Shown in pieces: positions 26,178-30,659 of a DNA stretch of 30,659 nt. Origin of the DNA: Thermoproteus sp. Lineage in GTDB: Archaea > Thermoproteota > Thermoprotei > Thermoproteales > Thermoproteaceae. The stretch covers positions 1 to 30,659 of the forward strand of contig JBMFIG010000018.1 in NCBI GenBank assembly GCA_049976425.1, read 5' to 3'. The notes under the pieces are model-generated. The model was not told the origin of the DNA. It was given only the letters and a program-made list of their open reading frames with translations, and made no database searches. The position numbers and the translations under genes are program-made. Numbering within the stretch: position 1 is the stretch's first letter; every line of letters begins with the position of its first letter.

Positions 26178-29100
26178 ATGGTCTGATAAATTTGTCCGTC
26201 CAATATAAAGTAAGGCAGAGGCCAGGTGTAGGGAATCACGTCGACGCCGAATCTATAATTGCCGGACAGATATCCCACGACTAGGTACTGGAAGCTCCAC
26301 ATAGGGCCGTTGCACGACTGCAGATTGGTACATGGAGGACTTGTCGTGAGCAACGCCGAGCTGTATGCGGTGTTGGGCCAGCCGTTGTACCACCACGAAC
26401 TGAACGTGTTCAGCCCGCCGCTGGTGGCCGTAATTATATGGTAATTTGCGAACTGTGGAGTTAGAGCGAGTACGAAATACGCCTCGAGGCCGTTACCATA
26501 ATTGGTCCACACGTTCTGGTCGCCGCAGACGCTGGCGTATTGGTTCCACCAATCGTACCAGCCAGGTATGCCTTGGATATATCCGTTGTATATCTCGAGC
26601 ATCTTACCGGCCAATGTACGCACTCCACTACATTGATACTGCGGATTTGTTGTATTCGCCAAATAGATATAGTTGAGGACTTGGCGGAGGGTTTGCCCAT
26701 TCTCTTTAGCCTCGTTAATTGCATTGGTCATGTTCACGATCACGGCGAATCCGGACGGATAGTTGAGGAGCGATATTGGGGGGTTGAAGGCGTATGGGCT
26801 GTTCGTCAACGGCACGTAGAGATCCACCACCGACGCCATAGAGCTCGGGCTCCCGTCTGGACACAGCTCCAGAAGAGTCCCCCTATACGCGAACCAGCCA
26901 GGGCTCTGCTGTATCCTGAGCCACACGTCGCCCCAATAGGCGACTGAGTACGTCAACGGGCCGCTCCAGCCGCCCTTCGAGAACACATAGAACGCCGGCG
27001 GCTTCTTGGCGGAGAAGCCCAGAGCGGTCAGTATAGAGGGCGGTATAACCACCACGAGGTGGTCGCCGAGATAGTTAGACGGGAAGTACAGCTGTAACAG
27101 ACGGCAACTGGACGAGTTGAGGGAGATGGGGGCGATATATTTCTGTTCCCATGCCGGCGCGTACGACGTCGGGAAGCCGCTCTGGACCTGCGACAGGTAC
27201 GTGGAGTAGAACGTCACGTTGACTGCGCTGGCCGGCGGGACCATCACCAAGGTCCAGCTACCGCCGTTACCGGCCACATCTAATCTGGCTCCGAAGACGC
27301 CGTCGTTGGGCGTGACCGACTGCACTATCGGTCTGCCGGACTGCCAGGGGAAGTAGAACACCGCGTCCATGTTGCCCACGTTGATGAGGTAAAGCGAGGC
27401 GCCGCTCCAGAGGTAGTAGACCTGCGGATGCACGGCGGTTAGGTTATTCGCCGCAAGCGAGGCGCCCAGCACTTGCACGACGGGCGTCGACGTGGAATGC
27501 CTAGGCGAGAGGAACGTGATGTTGAAGAGAGCCGTATCGACGCCGTTAAAGTAGCCGTAGTACGTCGCCAGAGTCTGGTTGCACATATTCACGACCCCAC
27601 ATGTGTAGTTGTAGAGGACCCCGCCGTAGTTGGTATATAGCGTGAAGGAAGACCCCAGAGCCCCTCTGGGGATGCTCGCGTTCACCAAGACGCCGTAGGT
27701 GTAGCGCACGTAGGTGGCGTTGTAGGGGCCCGCCACGACGTACTTAACGGAAGCGCTTACGGACAGCCTCTGGGTTATGTTGAGGCCGGTCACCAACGCC
27801 AGCGATATGTTCCCCAGCAACTTGACTAAGGACGATGCATAGGATCGGCCCCAAGCCAGCACGACCGGCCGCGGCGAGTTTACGACAGGCGCCGATCCCA
27901 AAGTAGTCAACACGGCCGACGGCTCCGGATAGACCCAAGGCCTGACCGCTAGGAAGTCGTAGACGGCCGCGTCGGTCCAGCTCGATGTCGACGATTGCGG
28001 GGAGTTCTCCGTGTCGGTGCCCAGCACTATGTTGAAGCTCGGCGGCAACGACGTAGAGATCCACTGGCTTACATACGGCGTCATAGGCCCCGTGGAGTTC
28101 GAGAGGAACTTATAGACGGCGAGGTACGTCTGGCCCGCCATATTGCCCTGGAGTATCTGCGATATGGACAAGACGTACCAGCGGCCGGCGCTCATGGAGA
28201 CGTAAGATCCGCCGTATTGCCAGGAATAGGTCTGCCAGGGGCCTGTCATATAGCCCCGCGGCTGGTAGGACCAGACGAAGGTCGCAGGATAGCTCTCCGG
28301 TTGCACGGCCACCATGTCAGCGCACCAGGGGAACGTCGACCCGTCGTAGCCGCCCCAGTACAAAGACAGATAGCCCATCTTTTCGGCCCCTATCTGGGTC
28401 ACGTTGACGAGCACCCTCACCTGGAAGCCGGGCCAATCTGACGGCACCGTGAAGCCGTTCCATATCTGGTAGCCCACGTCGTAGGTGCCCGCCGGGTACA
28501 CCGCCCCTAGGAGGAGGCCCGTGGTGCTGTTGCCGTAGACGGAAGTTGTGACTAGTTGCTCGATTGGGGTCGGCGTCTTCTCGGGCCCTACTTGATGACA
28601 CGTGCTGTACGTTATTGAGCTGGGCCAGCTCGCCATAGCCGCGGCGTTGAAGAAGCCGTTGACCCCGCTGAAGTTATAGACGGCATAGGGGTTGTTGTTT
28701 AGGCTGGGCGATGCCGGCGTCTGGTAGGCGTATTGGTAGTTGGCCGAGTCGTAGCAGAAGTTGGGCCCCGTGGAGGGAGGCGTTATGCCGAACGCCTGCA
28801 TCATGAGCGGGATGTTGAGGGTCAGGTAGACGCTGGAGGCGGGCTGGCTGTACAGGAGCACCATCACCTCGTCGGATACGCCGGGCGAGGCCAGGGAGCC
28901 TCTCGGCATCTTGAAGTCGAAGAGGCAGAAGGGGCATTTGAGGTACTCGGACCACCAGGGTAGCTGGACGAAGGCATCAGCCAGCATGGAGATGAACTGC
29001 TCAACCACTTTGGGGTTGTGGTAGTTACAGCCCTTGCTGACATAGTACTGTACCGCCTGCCTCAGCGCCGTGTTGTTGACCAGTATGAGGTAGAGCTTCT

Positions 29101-29767
29101 GCTTGAGCAGGCTGGCGTCGTAGCCGTTGCCCGATCTGGCTTGGTTGAGTATGTCGGCTATGGGTACGCTGTAGCTCTCGCCTACCGAAGTGGGCCTCCT
29201 CACGTCGGCCGAGTAGATTATCACGTAGTCGCTCTGGATCTGGCTGTAGGGCGTCACCACGAACCTATAGACCCTATAGGCGCCCGGCGCAGAGAGGGCG
29301 CCCATGTTCCACCAGTAGGAGAAGTTGAAGTCGTTGCTGAGAACGACGGCGGCCGGATAGGGCCCGAGCGTCCCGCCGAAGCCGCCTTGGTCGACCGCGT
29401 AGCTCCCCGCGACGAACGTGCCGAGGGGTATGAGGCTCTGCTCCACAGCCGATAGGGCGGAGGCCGTATACTGCGACGCCGTCTGCAACTGGAAGTATAT
29501 ATCGTTGGGGTGCGTCTGGAGGAGGTTGTTGTAGAGGCCGGCGTCCAGCGCGCCTGAGGATATCTTCGAGGCGGCGGACTGGGCCAGGAACGTGGCGTAG
29601 CCCGACAGTAGCTGGACCAGCTCGGGCCAGTTCTGGCTCATTATGCCGTAGGCGGGCCTCTGGATAGAGGCGACGGGGACTATGGTAGAGGAGACGTAGG
29701 CCATGTATATCACCGCCACGGCCACGACGACAGCCAGCGCCGTCAGGACTATCCACTGGCCCTTCAT
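26174..29767 (-). CDS. Large (~1197 aa) pilus-associated adhesin-like surface protein
   Basis: MKG|QWIVLTALAVVVAVAVIY N-terminus; Ser/Thr/Tyr/Asn-rich with many sequons; DFLAVRPWVYPEP motif. Start moved to ATG 29767. Confidence 0.78.
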   Translation of the reverse strand: MKGQWIVLTALAVVVAVAVIYMAYVSSTIVPVASIQRPAYGIMSQNWPELVQLLSGYATFLAQSAASKISSGALDAGLYNNLLQTHPNDIYFQLQTASQYTASALSAVEQSLIPLGTFVAGSYAVDQGGFGGTLGPYPAAVVLSNDFNFSYWWNMGALSAPGAYRVYRFVVTPYSQIQSDYVIIYSADVRRPTSVGESYSVPIADILNQARSGNGYDASLLKQKLYLILVNNTALRQAVQYYVSKGCNYHNPKVVEQFISMLADAFVQLPWWSEYLKCPFCLFDFKMPRGSLASPGVSDEVMVLLYSQPASSVYLTLNIPLMMQAFGITPPSTGPNFCYDSANYQYAYQTPASPSLNNNPYAVYNFSGVNGFFNAAAMASWPSSITYSTCHQVGPEKTPTPIEQLVTTSVYGNSTTGLLLGAVYPAGTYDVGYQIWNGFTVPSDWPGFQVRVLVNVTQIGAEKMGYLSLYWGGYDGSTFPWCADMVAVQPESYPATFVWSYQPRGYMTGPWQTYSWQYGGSYVSMSAGRWYVLSISQILQGNMAGQTYLAVYKFLSNSTGPMTPYVSQWISTSLPPSFNIVLGTDTENSPQSSTSSWTDAAVYDFLAVRPWVYPEPSAVLTTLGSAPVVNSPRPVVLAWGRSYASSLVKLLGNISLALVTGLNITQRLSVSASVKYVVAGPYNATYVRYTYGVLVNASIPRGALGSSFTLYTNYGGVLYNYTCGVVNMCNQTLATYYGYFNGVDTALFNITFLSPRHSTSTPVVQVLGASLAANNLTAVHPQVYYLWSGASLYLINVGNMDAVFYFPWQSGRPIVQSVTPNDGVFGARLDVAGNGGSWTLVMVPPASAVNVTFYSTYLSQVQSGFPTSYAPAWEQKYIAPISLNSSSCRLLQLYFPSNYLGDHLVVVIPPSILTALGFSAKKPPAFYVFSKGGWSGPLTYSVAYWGDVWLRIQQSPGWFAYRGTLLELCPDGSPSSMASVVDLYVPLTNSPYAFNPPISLLNYPSGFAVIVNMTNAINEAKENGQTLRQVLNYIYLANTTNPQYQCSGVRTLAGKMLEIYNGYIQGIPGWYDWWNQYASVCGDQNVWTNYGNGLEAYFVLALTPQFANYHIITATSGGLNTFSSWWYNGWPNTAYSSALLTTSPPCTNLQSCNGPMWSFQYLVVGYLSGNYRFGVDVIPYTWPLPYFILDGQIYQTI

Positions 29768-30207
29768 GGCCTCGCCACGTACAGCACTATCTTGACCTGG
29801 GTGCCGTCGGGGAGGACGGCGGAGATAGCGGCCGACGAGGAGGAGGCCGATCCTCCCCAGCCCGTGGGCCGGGCTACGGAGAGGAGCTTCTGGTTCCACG
29901 CCGCGCATACTAGGCAAGGCGGCGGGGAGCCGCCGGCCAGATACACCGTGAAGTTGTATATGTACGACTGCGGGATCAGCGAGTCGAGGGCCGACTTAAC
30001 GGCGGCCGGATTGCCGGAGCATATCGCGGAGTCGAGCGCGTTGAGGAACGTGGGGCTTAGGGAAAGCTGGAGGAGGGTGTTGTAGGCCGTCTCGACGTCC
30101 TGCCTGCCCATGGTCGTCGATACGGGGCTTCTGGGCAGTAGCGTCATGGCGTAGATGGCCAGCGCCACCAACAACACGGCGAAGAGGAGCTCGAGGACCC
30201 ACCTCAT
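29764..30207 (-). CDS. Minor pilin-like protein (147 aa)
   Basis: MRWVLELLFAVLLVALAIY hydrophobic N-terminus, IPQSYIYNFTVY; ATGA overlaps at both ends. Start moved to ATG 30207. Confidence 0.68.
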   Translation of the reverse strand: MRWVLELLFAVLLVALAIYAMTLLPRSPVSTTMGRQDVETAYNTLLQLSLSPTFLNALDSAICSGNPAAVKSALDSLIPQSYIYNFTVYLAGGSPPPCLVCAAWNQKLLSVARPTGWGGSASSSSAAISAVLPDGTQVKIVLYVARP

Positions 30208-30659
30208 CTCACAGGCCCGGGATATTCGTAGACCGTCACGTTGACGAGGTAGGTCGTGGTGAGCGAGTTGAAGACGCCCCAGGCTGAGGCCGCGTAGACC
30301 TGAGGCGCGGTTGAGAAGCCCCATCTAAGCCACGTCTTTATATCCACGTCGGTGGCCGGCGGCGCGGGGAACAGCGGTATGGGGACGAGGGCAACCTTCG
30401 GTATATTTACTGAGTTAGAATTAGCCTCCACAGATACCAACGCGAGCAACGCGTCTGTCGGCAAATCAAGCCAACAAGCAGTACAACTAGGATTCTGACA
30501 TAATCCACATGGCTGGACTTGCTGACTGCTTGGATTTAGTTCTATGTTCGAGCCGTAATTAACAAGGCCCTGGCTTGTATATAAAGTGATCTGCCTTATG
30601 CCCTCAGCGGGTCCACCACCAGGCGGATTGCCCGATGGGTTAGCCAGCCTTCCGTCGCA
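30204..30659 (-). CDS. Partial (5'-truncated) secreted or pilus-associated protein
   Basis: Frame is open from the window end (CDGRLANPSG...CGLCQNPSCTACWLDLP...VNVTVYEYPGPVR) to TGA 30204, overlapping the next ATG. Confidence 0.72.
   Translation of the reverse strand, partial: CDGRLANPSGNPPGGGPAEGIRQITLYTSQGLVNYGSNIELNPSSQQVQPCGLCQNPSCTACWLDLPTDALLALVSVEANSNSVNIPKVALVPIPLFPAPPATDVDIKTWLRWGFSTAPQVYAASAWGVFNSLTTTYLVNVTVYEYPGPVR

Noticed and set aside
26174-26760. Diversity-generating retroelement target
   Set aside because: No template/variable repeat pair and no reverse transcriptase in the window.
29768-29917. N-terminal extension of the 1247-aa ORF (likewise 25495-25608, 30208-30324, 14323-14427, 3908-3964)
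   Set aside because: Most extensions overlap upstream genes. Downstream ATGs give ATGA coupling or family-typical N-termini and expose the signal peptides.

Overview
GC-rich (roughly 60%) archaeal chromosome segment. Gene content, codon style and leaderless TTTAA-type promoters suggest Thermoproteales (Thermoproteus/Pyrobaculum-like; inferred). Most of it is housekeeping: Nudix, pcm, aspS, NusA-like, rpl24, beta-CASP RNase, thiDN, a B12/radical SAM enzyme, ileS, pth2, sdhABCD, PCNA, a KaiC-like ATPase, an AAA+ ATPase, a MoaD-MoaE fusion, FixC/FixX and MptE. The right end holds an ATGA-coupled minus-strand operon of class III signal peptide (type IV pilin-like) proteins, including a ~1197-aa adhesin-like protein with lower-GC segments. 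Signals not in the ORF track: two box C/D sRNAs flanking the PCNA locus that appear to target the 16S rRNA 530 region, an isolated IS200/IS605 (TnpB)-type right-end hairpin, two ~90-bp extreme AT islands (one inside sdhA, achieved through A/T-ending codons), a three-half-site operator before the AAA ATPase, a possible structured ncRNA, and a small ORF paired with a minimal nucleotidyltransferase-like gene. All calls come from reading motifs by eye; no database searches were run.
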